DNA of 64,000 nucleotides, taken from assembly GCA_965199855.1 (NCBI GenBank), contig OZ241326.1, positions 1,312,001 to 1,376,000 on the forward strand, in the 5' to 3' direction. Numbering within the stretch: position 1 is the first letter of the stretch; every line of letters begins with the position of its first letter. The DNA is from a bacterium (lineage in GTDB: Bacteria > UBA8248). Both the position numbers and the translations under genes were made by a program. The notes under the pieces were generated by a model, which had not been told where the DNA came from, searched no databases, and saw only the letters and a list, made by a program, of their open reading frames with translations. This document shows, one piece after another, positions 49,090 through 58,109 of the stretch.

Positions 49090-49632
49090 ATGGGATGGAG
49101 CAGGCGGGGTTTGAAGCGTGCTGTCCGCGCGGCGGCGGTGGCGGCCGCCCTCGCTCTGGCGGGCGCGGCCATGGCCGCGCCCTTCGACGAGAATCGCCCG
49201 AAGGTGGGGGAGAAGGCGCGAGAGTTTGAAGTCCAGGGCTTCAGGCTCTCCGACCTCAAGGGAAAGAAAAGCCTGCTGATGGTGTTCTACCGGGGCCACT
49301 TCTGAGGCGTCTGCCAACGGCAACTCGTCGAGTTCCAGCGATTCTCCGAAAAGATTCGCGGCCTGGGGGCCGAAATCGTCGCCATCAGCACGGACAACGC
49401 GCTTGACGCCGGCAGGACGACCCGGGAGCTGGGTCTGCGGTATCCGATAATCTCCGACGCGCAGAAGCGCATCGTCCAGCTCTACGGCGTGCTTCACCCC
49501 CGGGAGAACCTCGCCCGGCCCGCCGTTTTCATCATCGACAAGCGCGGCGTGGTTCGCTACGTCCACGTGGGCAGGAATTTCAGGGATCGCCCCTCGCTTC
49601 AGCAGGTGATGCAGGCCCTGGCCTTTTTGTGA
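49090..49632 (+). CDS. Exported peroxiredoxin-like (AhpC/TSA) selenoprotein (UxxC, Sec72)
   Basis: The ORF stops at TGA 49303-49305 inside FYRGHF-U-GVC-QRQL. The frame stays open through EIVAISTD, YPIISD, ARPAVFIIDK.GVVRY, RDRP to TGA 49630-49632. GGAGG RBS; signal peptide. Confidence 0.9.
49319..49336 (+). promoter_or_regulatory. Putative bacterial SECIS element
   Basis: GG-c-AACTC-GTC-GAGTT-CC hairpin; loop G at +22 after the UGA. Confidence 0.65.
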
Positions 49633-49681
49633 GCGGCCCCGACGCCCCTACGCTCCCGCCCGCCCGCGACGGACGCCGGCC

Positions 49682-51358
49682 ATGAGATTCGAGAATCAGG
49701 ACGCGGCGGGCCGCCTCCTCCGGTTCCTCCTGTGGGGGATGGCGCTGTCTCTCCCCGCGCTCTGCGCGTCGGACGCCTTCGCCGCGAAGGGGAAGCGCGC
49801 GGGCAGGCGCGTCATCGGGACGAAGGCCGCCTTTCAGGCGAGGGTGAGGCGCGCCGTCAAGAGGCAGTGCGCCCGCCCCGGAGGCCTGGGGCTTTACGTC
49901 CGCTCGGTCTCCACGGCGCAGACGCTCTTCTCCCACAACGCCGCCGTCAGGCGCGTCCCCGCGTCGAACGTCAAGCTCCTCACCGCCGCCGCCGCGCTCG
50001 CGCGCCTGGGGCCGGACTATCGGTTCGCCACCGACTTTTACGCGGAAGCCGAGGCGCGGGGCGGCGTCCTCCACGGCGATCTGTATCTCAAGGGCTACGG
50101 CGATCCCCTCTTCACGCAGGGGAGGATGCGCGACCTCGCGCGGCGGCTGAAGCTGCGCGGCGTGCGGCGCGTGAAGGGCGATCTGGCGGCGGACGATTCG
50201 TTTTTCGACGCGCGGAGATACGGGCGCGGGTGGCGCGTGGGCGGCTCCATCCGCCCCTATCTGGCGCCGCACGGGGCGCTGTCCCTGAATTTCAGTCTGG
50301 TGAGCGTGCTGGTGGCCCCGGGCGAGAGGCCCGGCGACCCCGCCCGGGTGCTGCTGGAGCCGCCCTCGCGCGCGCTTCGCCTCGAGTCGCGCGTGAAGAC
50401 CGCGCGCGGCGAGCGGCGGCGGGTCGCGCTGGGCCGCCGCCGCGTCAGGGGGAGGGACGTGGTCCGGGTGAGCGGGCGGGTTTCTGTGGGCGAGGAGATG
50501 AGAACCCGGCGGGTGCCCGTCACGGACCCCACGGCCTTCGCCGCCGGGGCGGTCGCCGCCGAGTTCGAGAGGCAGGGCATCGTCCTCGAGGGCCGCGTCC
50601 GGCGGGCGGCGACGCCGCCCGGCGCGCGGCTTCTGGCGCGAAACCTCTCGCCGCCCCTTGGCGAGGTGGTTCGCGGACTGAACAAGCACAGCAACAATTT
50701 CGTGGCCGAGCAAATCCTGAAGACGCTGGGCGCGGAGACCTACGGCGCGCCCGGAACCTCGGAGAAGGGCCTGCGCGCGGTGCGGGATTTTCTGATCTCC
50801 GTCGGCGTTGCGGCGAAGGACTTCGAGCTCGCCGACGGCTCGGGCCTGAGCCGGATGAGCCGCGTTTCGCCGCGCGCGCTCGTGGCGCTGCTGGAGGCGG
50901 CGCACAACGACTTCCGGCTGCGGCCCGAGTTCACGGCGTCGCTGGCCGTGTTCGGCGTCGACGGCACGGTGCGAAAGAGAAGGGGGGCGCGCGCCGCCTC
51001 GCGCCGGGTGCGCGTGAAGACGGGGATGCTGCGGGGCGTGCACGCCTTCAGCGGCTACGCGGCCGCCGAAAACGGGGAAATCCTCGCGTTCTCCGTTCTC
51101 GTCAACGAGGATGCGTGCCGGCCCAAAAGCCTCACGGGCGCGCTCGTGCGCGCGATGACTGTATTCAGCCGGAATCTTCCGAATCCCGCGGACGCCTATT
51201 TCGAGGGCGCGCGGAGGATGCTCGCGCGGCCCATGCCCGCGCCGCGCCTCAGGGACCGGTGGCGCGGGCGGGGCGCGCCGCGTCCCGTCGGGGCGGGGGA
51301 TTCCGCCGGGGCGGAACGGCGCGCGGGGGCCGCCCCGGGCGGCGGGAGGACGGAGTGA
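49682..51358 (+). CDS. dacB: D-Ala-D-Ala carboxypeptidase/endopeptidase PBP4 (peptidase S13)
   Basis: PASNVK (SxxK), SNN, KTG, DGSGLSR. Confidence 0.93.
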   Translation: MRFENQDAAGRLLRFLLWGMALSLPALCASDAFAAKGKRAGRRVIGTKAAFQARVRRAVKRQCARPGGLGLYVRSVSTAQTLFSHNAAVRRVPASNVKLLTAAAALARLGPDYRFATDFYAEAEARGGVLHGDLYLKGYGDPLFTQGRMRDLARRLKLRGVRRVKGDLAADDSFFDARRYGRGWRVGGSIRPYLAPHGALSLNFSLVSVLVAPGERPGDPARVLLEPPSRALRLESRVKTARGERRRVALGRRRVRGRDVVRVSGRVSVGEEMRTRRVPVTDPTAFAAGAVAAEFERQGIVLEGRVRRAATPPGARLLARNLSPPLGEVVRGLNKHSNNFVAEQILKTLGAETYGAPGTSEKGLRAVRDFLISVGVAAKDFELADGSGLSRMSRVSPRALVALLEAAHNDFRLRPEFTASLAVFGVDGTVRKRRGARAASRRVRVKTGMLRGVHAFSGYAAAENGEILAFSVLVNEDACRPKSLTGALVRAMTVFSRNLPNPADAYFEGARRMLARPMPAPRLRDRWRGRGAPRPVGAGDSAGAERRAGAAPGGGRTE

Positions 51359-51365
51359 GGGGCCG

Positions 51366-53153
51366 ATGAGCGACTTCAGGGATCCATTCGCCCATCCCCG
51401 CCGGTGGGTCCTGCGCCCGGTCGAGGAGGAATCCGCCCGAAAGCTCTCGGAGGCGCTGGGCGCCCCCCCCCTGATAGGGAGGCTCCTCGCGCAAAGGGGG
51501 ATGGAGAGCCCGCAGGAGGCGCGCGGGTTCCTGGACGCGCCCCTGGCGAATTTGCGCGATCCGTTTCTGATGAAGGGGATGGAGGAGGCGGCCGCCCACC
51601 TCGCCGATCGGATAGGGCGCGGACGCCCCGTCGGCGTCTATGGGGACTACGACGTGGACGGCGTCTCCGCCACGGCGCTCCTGTGCCGGTTCTTCGACCA
51701 TCTGGGCGTCCGCGCGCGTTACTACATTCCGGGGCGGCTGGACGAAGGCTACGGTCTGCACGAGGAGGGGCTGAGGAGGCTCAGGGAGGCCGGGTGCGAT
51801 ACGGTGGTTACGGTCGATTGCGGCGTCAGCGCGCATGACGCCGCGAAAGAGGCCGAGCGGATGGGGATTCGCCTCATCATCACGGATCACCACCGCCCGC
51901 CCGATGAGCTGCCGAACGCCCTGGCCGTCCTGAATCCCCGCCAGAGGGGCTGCGAATATCCCTTCAAGGGGCTTTGCGGCGCAGGCGTCGCCTTCAAGCT
52001 GGTCACCGCCGTCAGGAGACGCCTGCGCGAAGGCGGATTCGGGGGCGCGCTGCCGAACCTGAAGCAGCATCTGGACCTGGTGGCGCTGGGAACGGTGGCC
52101 GACGTGGCTCCCCTGCGCGACGAGAATCGCATTTTCGCGCGGCGCGGGCTGGAAATTCTCTCTCCCCCCTCGGAGGACGAGGGCGGGTTCGAGGCCAAGG
52201 ACCGCCGCAAGGCGGGGGTTCGCGCCCTCCACGCGGCGGCGAACCTCAAGGCGCGGACGCTCAACGCGGGCCATATCTCCTTCGTCCTCGCGCCGAGGCT
52301 CAACGCGGCGGGGCGCGTCGGGAGGGCCGACCTGGCCGTCGAGCTTCTCGTCTCCGACGACGAGGCGCAGGCGCGCTCCTGGGCCGTGGAACTGGAGGAA
52401 TTGAACCGCGATCGCCGGAGCCTTCAGCAGGAGGCGTGGAAGGAGGCGGAGGCGCTCATGGAATCTTCCGGTGCCGACGCGGAGGAGGCCATCGTGCTTT
52501 CGAGCGCGAAGTGGCACCCCGGCGTGGTCGGCGTCGTGGCCTCGAAACTCGTGGAGGCGCATCGCCGCCCCTCGGTGCTCATCCACGTCAGGGACGGGGT
52601 GGGCAAGGGCTCCGCGCGGACGGCCATGGGGCTTCACGTGTATGACGCGCTCGCGCGCTGCTCCGACCTTCTGATTCAGTTCGGCGGACACAAGGGCGCG
52701 GCCGGGCTGAAGGTGGAGGAGGGGAAAATCGACGCCTTCCGGGCGCGCTTTCAGGAGGCGGTTCGAGCGATGCGGGAGCCGGGGGCGGACGAGGAGCGGC
52801 TGTCGCTGGACGCCGCCGTCGATTTTTCGGCGCTGGACGCTCCGCTTCTGGAGCGTCTCGAAGCGATGGCGCCCTTCGGGGAGGAAAACCCCAGGCCCCT
52901 GTTCGCCGCCTGGCGCGTCGAGGCGGTCGGCAGCCCGATCCGCGTGGGCCGCGAGGGCGAGCACCTCAAGCTGCGCCTGCGGCAGTTCCGCGACGAGAGG
53001 GAGGCCATCGGCTTCGGCATGGGGGTGCTGCTCGAGCGGCCGGAGCTTTTGCGGGGAAAACTGGACGTGGCGTTTTCCCCGGGTCTGAATCGCTGGCGCG
53101 GCGGCGCCAGGCCGCAGCTGGAGATTCGCGCCCTTCGCCCGGCGGACGGCTAG
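51366..53153 (+). CDS. recJ: Single-stranded-DNA exonuclease RecJ
   Basis: YGDYDVDG, TVDCG, TDHH, LGTVAD, PRLNAAGR, GSAR, GGHKGAAG. Confidence 0.96.
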   Translation: MSDFRDPFAHPRRWVLRPVEEESARKLSEALGAPPLIGRLLAQRGMESPQEARGFLDAPLANLRDPFLMKGMEEAAAHLADRIGRGRPVGVYGDYDVDGVSATALLCRFFDHLGVRARYYIPGRLDEGYGLHEEGLRRLREAGCDTVVTVDCGVSAHDAAKEAERMGIRLIITDHHRPPDELPNALAVLNPRQRGCEYPFKGLCGAGVAFKLVTAVRRRLREGGFGGALPNLKQHLDLVALGTVADVAPLRDENRIFARRGLEILSPPSEDEGGFEAKDRRKAGVRALHAAANLKARTLNAGHISFVLAPRLNAAGRVGRADLAVELLVSDDEAQARSWAVELEELNRDRRSLQQEAWKEAEALMESSGADAEEAIVLSSAKWHPGVVGVVASKLVEAHRRPSVLIHVRDGVGKGSARTAMGLHVYDALARCSDLLIQFGGHKGAAGLKVEEGKIDAFRARFQEAVRAMREPGADEERLSLDAAVDFSALDAPLLERLEAMAPFGEENPRPLFAAWRVEAVGSPIRVGREGEHLKLRLRQFRDEREAIGFGMGVLLERPELLRGKLDVAFSPGLNRWRGGARPQLEIRALRPADG

Positions 53154-54307
53154 CGGGAGAGCGTCCCGAAGGACGCCCTGTCGTCCGGCTTCATCGAGAA
53201 TTCGCTCAAATCGCCCAACTCCAGATTCTTCGACAGCAGCATGACCTTGATGGCGCCGCCCAGCCCGGCGGGGTTGACGAGGCCCATGACGGCGCGCCGC
53301 TCCCGCCTCGCCTTCTCATCGCCGTCCGCCGCGCTCTCCAGCGCCTGCGGGAGGCCCGCCCCGAGCAGGAAATGCGCCTGATCCGTGAAGCCCGCGAGCT
53401 TCATGCCGCGCGAGGCGGCCGCCCGGAGGATGGAGGTGAAGTCCACGTGGGCGGTGAGGTCGGTTTCTCCGGGACGCGACAGCGGGTCGCTCTTGATCGC
53501 GTGGCGCCTGTAGCCGCGCAGCGCGCCCTCCGGCCGGGCGGCGCCGTAGAGCTCGCGCGCGGAGAAGCCGTAGTCGAAAATCAGGATGGCGCCCCGCTCC
53601 ATCCGGCGCGCCGCCTCGCGCGTCCAGTCGAAGGCGGGCAGGTTCACCTCCGCCGCCTGGTTGACGGAGAGCCGCACCCCCAGCCCGGCGAACCAGCCGC
53701 CCAGGCGCTCCTCCGAGAGCGCGCCCTCGGTGAACGCGAGCCGCCCGCCGCGCCGCGCTACGTATCTTTCCCGGAGGCCCGCCTCGCGCTGAACGAGGGC
53801 GTGGACGGGCAGGGCGTCCAGAAATTCATGGGCGAGAATGACGCCCTCGAAGCCCGGAGGCGGACGTCGCGCGGCGTCCTCGAACCGCGCGGCGCGGAAG
53901 CCTTCGAGCCTCCTCCGCGCCCGCTCCCCGGCCGGGGCGCTTCGCTCGGCGAGCGTATAGACGAGGGCGCGGTCGAGCGCGGAGCGCGAGGAGCGAATCG
54001 ACCCGAGCACGTCGAAGGCGAGCCATCCCTCTCCCGGCCCGAACTCCCAGAGGGGCAGCGAGGGCGGCGCGCCCATGCGCCGCCATATCTTCTCCAGAAG
54101 CGGCGCTATCATACGCCCCAGCCAGGGGCTCTGGTGGGGGCTCGTGTAGAAATCGCCCCGGGCGCCGATTCGCGCGCTTTCCCGGCAGTAGTAGCCGCCC
54201 GCGGGATGGTAGAGCGCGAGCTCCATGAAGCGGCGGAAGGGGATGGGGCCTTCTTCCAGCGCGTCGGCGAGAGCCTTTGACAATTCGGGATGAGAGGCGA
54301 TTTTCAT
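53150..54307 (-). CDS. SAM-dependent methyltransferase, MidA/NDUFAF7 family
   Basis: FMELALYHP.GGYY, GDFYTSP, EFGPG.G, EFLDALP, DYG, DLTAHVDF. Confidence 0.92.
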   Translation of the reverse strand: MKIASHPELSKALADALEEGPIPFRRFMELALYHPAGGYYCRESARIGARGDFYTSPHQSPWLGRMIAPLLEKIWRRMGAPPSLPLWEFGPGEGWLAFDVLGSIRSSRSALDRALVYTLAERSAPAGERARRRLEGFRAARFEDAARRPPPGFEGVILAHEFLDALPVHALVQREAGLRERYVARRGGRLAFTEGALSEERLGGWFAGLGVRLSVNQAAEVNLPAFDWTREAARRMERGAILIFDYGFSARELYGAARPEGALRGYRRHAIKSDPLSRPGETDLTAHVDFTSILRAAASRGMKLAGFTDQAHFLLGAGLPQALESAADGDEKARRERRAVMGLVNPAGLGGAIKVMLLSKNLELGDLSEFSMKPDDRASFGTLSR

Positions 54308-54475
54308 GTCCGCGAGTATAGCCCTGAAAAGCGGGGGCGGGAATCGGGGCGATCGGGACGCCTCTTGATTCCGCCGGCGGGAATAGCTATCATCCGGGGG
54401 AGCGTGAAAGCCGGCGATAGCAGAGGGGCGTTCCGGGGGCTTCGCCGCCGGCGTCGTTTTTCCGTGAGGTTTCGC

Positions 54476-54730
54476 ATGAGAGTTCGCGTCAAGTGCTTCG
54501 CCTGGGCGAAGGAGGTGACGGGCGAGGACGAAATCGATCTGGAGGTGCCCGAAGCCGCCACGGTGGCGGACCTGAGGGAGAGCCTCGCCGGGCGGTTTCC
54601 CGTCTTTTCGGGACGCATGGAGTCCATCGCCGTCTCCGTCAACCGGGAGTTCGCGGGCGAGGGGACGCCCGTGGCGGCGGGCGACGAGCTGGCGCTGATT
54701 CCGCCCATCAGCGGGGGGCTCTCGGAATGA
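54476..54730 (+). CDS. moaD: Molybdopterin synthase sulfur carrier subunit with a C-terminal extension (GG-LSE)
   Basis: VKCFA, AVSVN, GDELALIPPISGG. ATGA overlap with moaE. Confidence 0.9.
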   Translation: MRVRVKCFAWAKEVTGEDEIDLEVPEAATVADLRESLAGRFPVFSGRMESIAVSVNREFAGEGTPVAAGDELALIPPISGGLSE

Positions 54731-55185
54731 TTTGCCGCGTCACGGATTCCGCCATCGACGTGGACGCGCTCGCGGACAGCCTCGACGCTCCCGACCTGGG
54801 CGGGGTCTGCGCGTTCATCGGCAAGGTCAGGAACCACAGCGGGGGGCAGAGGGTCTCGCGTCTTGAATATCACGCCTATCCGGAAATGGCGGAGAAGAAG
54901 ATGCGCCAGGTCGCCGCGGAGATCGAGGAGAGGTTCGGCGTCTCCCGTCTGGCGATGGCCCATCGCGTGGGAACGCTCATGGTGGGAGAGGTCGCGGTGG
55001 GCATCGTCGCGGCCTCCGCCCATCGGGACGCGGCCTTCAAGGCGTGCCGCTACGCGATCGATCGCGTCAAGCAGATCGTCCCGATATGGAAAAAGGAATA
55101 CGGCGAGAACGGGGCGGTCTGGGTGGAGGAGTGCGTGGTGGACGCGGAGACCGCGGCCGAAGGAGTGCAGGAAAAAGCGCTTTGA
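54727..55185 (+). CDS. moaE: Molybdopterin synthase catalytic subunit
   Basis: F.GKVRN, LEYHAY, HRVG.L, SAHR..AF, PIWKKE. Confidence 0.94.
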   Translation: MICRVTDSAIDVDALADSLDAPDLGGVCAFIGKVRNHSGGQRVSRLEYHAYPEMAEKKMRQVAAEIEERFGVSRLAMAHRVGTLMVGEVAVGIVAASAHRDAAFKACRYAIDRVKQIVPIWKKEYGENGAVWVEECVVDAETAAEGVQEKAL

Positions 55186-55266
55186 CGCTCGCGCCCTTGC
55201 GGGGAGAATCCGGCGGGAAGTCGCGCCGCATGGGGCTTCACGCTGTCTGAAAGAAAGGACGGGAAA

Positions 55267-56466
55267 ATGAAGACGTCGCACGTTTTCATCGCGGCCGCTC
55301 TCGCGGCGGCGAGCGCGCTTTTCGCGGCGCCCGCGCTCGCGGCGAGCGGGGCGATCACCTTCGGCGGGGCCATCTCCAAGACGGGCCGCTACGCGGAGCC
55401 CGCCGGCCGCTTCGTGAACGCCTATCGCCTCTTCATCGAGCACCAGAACGCCAGGGGCGGGCTGCTGGGCCGGAAGCTCGATCTGATTCTCCTCGACGAC
55501 AAGTCGGACAAGCAGACCGCCATCAAGCTCTACGAGAGGCTCGTCACGCAGGAAAAGGTGGACTTCACGCTCGGCCCCTACTCGAGCGGCATCACCGACG
55601 CCATCGCCAACATCCTGGAGACGCACAAATATCCCACGCTGGCGCCGGGCGCCTCCTCCCGGGTGCTGTGGGAGAAGGGCAGAAAATACATTTTCAACCA
55701 GAACGCCGTCGCCCAGAAGAACCACAAGGGGGCGCTGCACATCGCCCGGGATCTCGGGATCAGGCGAATCGCCATCATCGGCGAGGACACCCTCTTTCCC
55801 CGGCAGTCGGCCGACGGCGCCGTGGAGTGGGCGAAGAGGCTGGGCCTGAGAGTCGTGCTGAACGAGAACTATCCGCGCAAGCAGACGGACTTCTCCGCCC
55901 TGCTCCAGAAGATCAAGGCGCGCCGGGCGGAGGCGCTGCTCACGAACAGCTACTTCGCGGACGCCGCCGCCCAGATTCGCCAGCTGCGCGAGCTCAACAT
56001 CAACCTCAAGATGTTCGCGGGAACCATCGGCCCCGGCCTCCCGAAGTTCGCCGAGCAGCTCGGCGGCACCGCGGAATACGTGCTGGGCTTCAGCCAGTGG
56101 GAGCCGCGCCCCGACGCCCTGAAGTTTCCGGGCATGAGAGAGCTCATCGACTCCTACGAGAAGCGGCACGGCGTGAAGCCGAGCGACCACGTCGCCATGT
56201 CCTACGGCGCCATGGAGGTTCTCGCCAAGGCGATTCAGAAGGCGGGCTCCGCCGATCGCCAAAAAGTCTGGGAGACCCTGCGCGCCTCCTCCTTCGAGAC
56301 CGTGATGGGCAGGTGGAAGGTGGACGGGAACAACCTGAACGATCGGGACGGCCTCACCTTCCAGATTCTGAACGGCAGACGCAGGATCGTCTGGCCGAAG
56401 AGTCTGGCGGAGGTTCCCTACAGGCTGCCGATGCCCGCGTGGAAGGACAGGGGCGGGAAGCGATAA
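55267..56466 (+). CDS. Branched-chain-amino-acid-type ABC substrate-binding protein, paralog 1
   Basis: Signal peptide, TGRYA, DDKSD, GPYSS; paralogous to 56783-57979. Confidence 0.9.
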   Translation: MKTSHVFIAAALAAASALFAAPALAASGAITFGGAISKTGRYAEPAGRFVNAYRLFIEHQNARGGLLGRKLDLILLDDKSDKQTAIKLYERLVTQEKVDFTLGPYSSGITDAIANILETHKYPTLAPGASSRVLWEKGRKYIFNQNAVAQKNHKGALHIARDLGIRRIAIIGEDTLFPRQSADGAVEWAKRLGLRVVLNENYPRKQTDFSALLQKIKARRAEALLTNSYFADAAAQIRQLRELNINLKMFAGTIGPGLPKFAEQLGGTAEYVLGFSQWEPRPDALKFPGMRELIDSYEKRHGVKPSDHVAMSYGAMEVLAKAIQKAGSADRQKVWETLRASSFETVMGRWKVDGNNLNDRDGLTFQILNGRRRIVWPKSLAEVPYRLPMPAWKDRGGKR

Positions 56467-56579
56467 GAGAAGGGCGGCGCGCGCGGCTCCCCGTTTCGCG
56501 GCCCGGCTCCGCGCGGGGCGGGCGGACGCCTGCGCGCGCCCCTGTGGAGGGCGCCGCCTGATTTCTTCAAAAAACCCCT

Positions 56580-56607
56580 TTGACATCCGGGGGAATATGC
56601 GTATCAT
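56580..56607 (+). promoter_or_regulatory. Putative sigma70 promoter for the Liv-type operon
   Basis: TTGACA, N16, TATCAT, preceded by an A-tract. Confidence 0.55.
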
Positions 56608-56782
56608 AACGCGCATAGCACGCATCGTAAGACGCGGCCTGGAGCTTCGCGCGATTGCCCGCCCGTCGGGCGAAGCGGTGAATCCGCTTGGCGCTCGCGC
56701 CCTCCGGCGGCGCGGGTGAGGAATTTTTGGGGCTTTCAAGGCGGCGGAACTTTTGGATCCACCATCGAGAGGAGTCACGGAC

Positions 56783-57979
56783 ATGAAGAAAAGCCTGGCG
56801 TTGATTCTCGGCTTTGCTCTCGCCCTCGCGGCCGCTCCCTTCGCGGAGAAGGCGCTCGCGGCGGACAAGGTCACCCTGGGGATCGCCATTTCGCAGACGG
56901 GCCGCTACGCCGAGCCCGCCGGGCGGATGGTGAACTCCTACAAGCTGTACGTGGACCAGGTGAACGCGAAGAACGGCTGGCTCGGCAAGAAGATCGACTT
57001 CATCATCCTCGACGACAAGTCGGACAAGCAGACCAGCATCAAGCTCTACGAGAAGCTCATCACGCAGGACAAGGTGAACCTCACCATCGGCCCCTATTCG
57101 AGCGGCATCACCGACGCCGTGGCGAACGTGCTGGAGAGGTACAAGTACCCCACGATGGCGCCGGGCGCCTCCTCGGGCATCATCTGGAAGAAGGGCCGCA
57201 AATACCTGTTCAACATCATCGCCATCGCCCAGGACTACCAGAAGGGCGCCCTGCACATCGCGAAGGACATCGGGGTGAAGCGCATCGCCATCGTCGGCGA
57301 GGACAGCCTCTTTCCCCGGCAGTCGGCCGAGGGCGCCGTGGAGTGGGCGAAGAAGCTGGGCCTCAAAGTCGTGCTGAACGAGAACTATCCGCGCAAGCAG
57401 ACGGACTTCACCGCCCTGCTCCAGAAGATCAAGGCGCGCCGGGCGGAGGCGCTCATCTCGAACAGCTACTTCGCCGACGCCTCCGCGCAGATTCGCCAGT
57501 TGCGCGAGCTGAACATCAACCTCAAGATTTTCGCCGGAACGGTAGGCCCCGGCCTCCCGAAGTTCGCCAAGCAGCTCGGCAATACCGCGGAATACGTGCT
57601 GGGATTCAGCCAATGGGAGCCGAAGCCGGCCATCCTCAAGCGCCCCGGCATGAAGGAATACATCGCGGCGTATGAGAAGCGCTACGGCGTGAAGCCGAAC
57701 TACCACGCGGGGCAGTCCTACGCGGCGCTCCAGATTTTCGGCGACGCGGTGGAGAAGGCGGGCTCCGTGGATCGGGGCAAGGTGTGGAGCGCGCTGCGCT
57801 CCATGAAGACCACGACCGTCATCGGCCCCTGGAAGGTGGACGACACCAACCTGAACGAGCACGAGGGACTCACCTTCCAGATTCTGAACGGCCAGCGCAA
57901 GATCGTGTGGCCCAAGAAGATATCGGAAGTTCCCTACAAGCTCCCGATGCCGACCTGGAAAGAGCGCGCCAAGAACTAG
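56783..57979 (+). CDS. Branched-chain-amino-acid-type ABC substrate-binding protein, paralog 2
   Basis: GAGGAG RBS, signal peptide, TGRYA, DDKSD, GPYSS. Confidence 0.92.
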   Translation: MKKSLALILGFALALAAAPFAEKALAADKVTLGIAISQTGRYAEPAGRMVNSYKLYVDQVNAKNGWLGKKIDFIILDDKSDKQTSIKLYEKLITQDKVNLTIGPYSSGITDAVANVLERYKYPTMAPGASSGIIWKKGRKYLFNIIAIAQDYQKGALHIAKDIGVKRIAIVGEDSLFPRQSAEGAVEWAKKLGLKVVLNENYPRKQTDFTALLQKIKARRAEALISNSYFADASAQIRQLRELNINLKIFAGTVGPGLPKFAKQLGNTAEYVLGFSQWEPKPAILKRPGMKEYIAAYEKRYGVKPNYHAGQSYAALQIFGDAVEKAGSVDRGKVWSALRSMKTTTVIGPWKVDDTNLNEHEGLTFQILNGQRKIVWPKKISEVPYKLPMPTWKERAKN

Positions 57980-58109
57980 CGGGCCGCGCTCCACGCGAAA
58001 GCGACATGACATGAGCGTCTCGCCCGCGTCGGGGCCGTTTGAGGCGGCCCCGGCGTCGGGGCGAGCGCGTTGAGGCTGTTTCGCGCGCTTTGAGGATGCG
58101 ACCTTACCC

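Noticed and set aside
54728-54730. Other TGA stops (moaD, mtnA, Mo subunit, SLT protein) as Sec codons
   Set aside because: The proteins are complete at those stops, there is no homologous continuation, and I saw no matching SECIS-like hairpin
4931-58014. CATGACATGA at 4931 and 58005 near two ABC loci
   Set aside because: A 10-mer in non-equivalent positions (upstream of one gene, downstream of another); chance cannot be excluded
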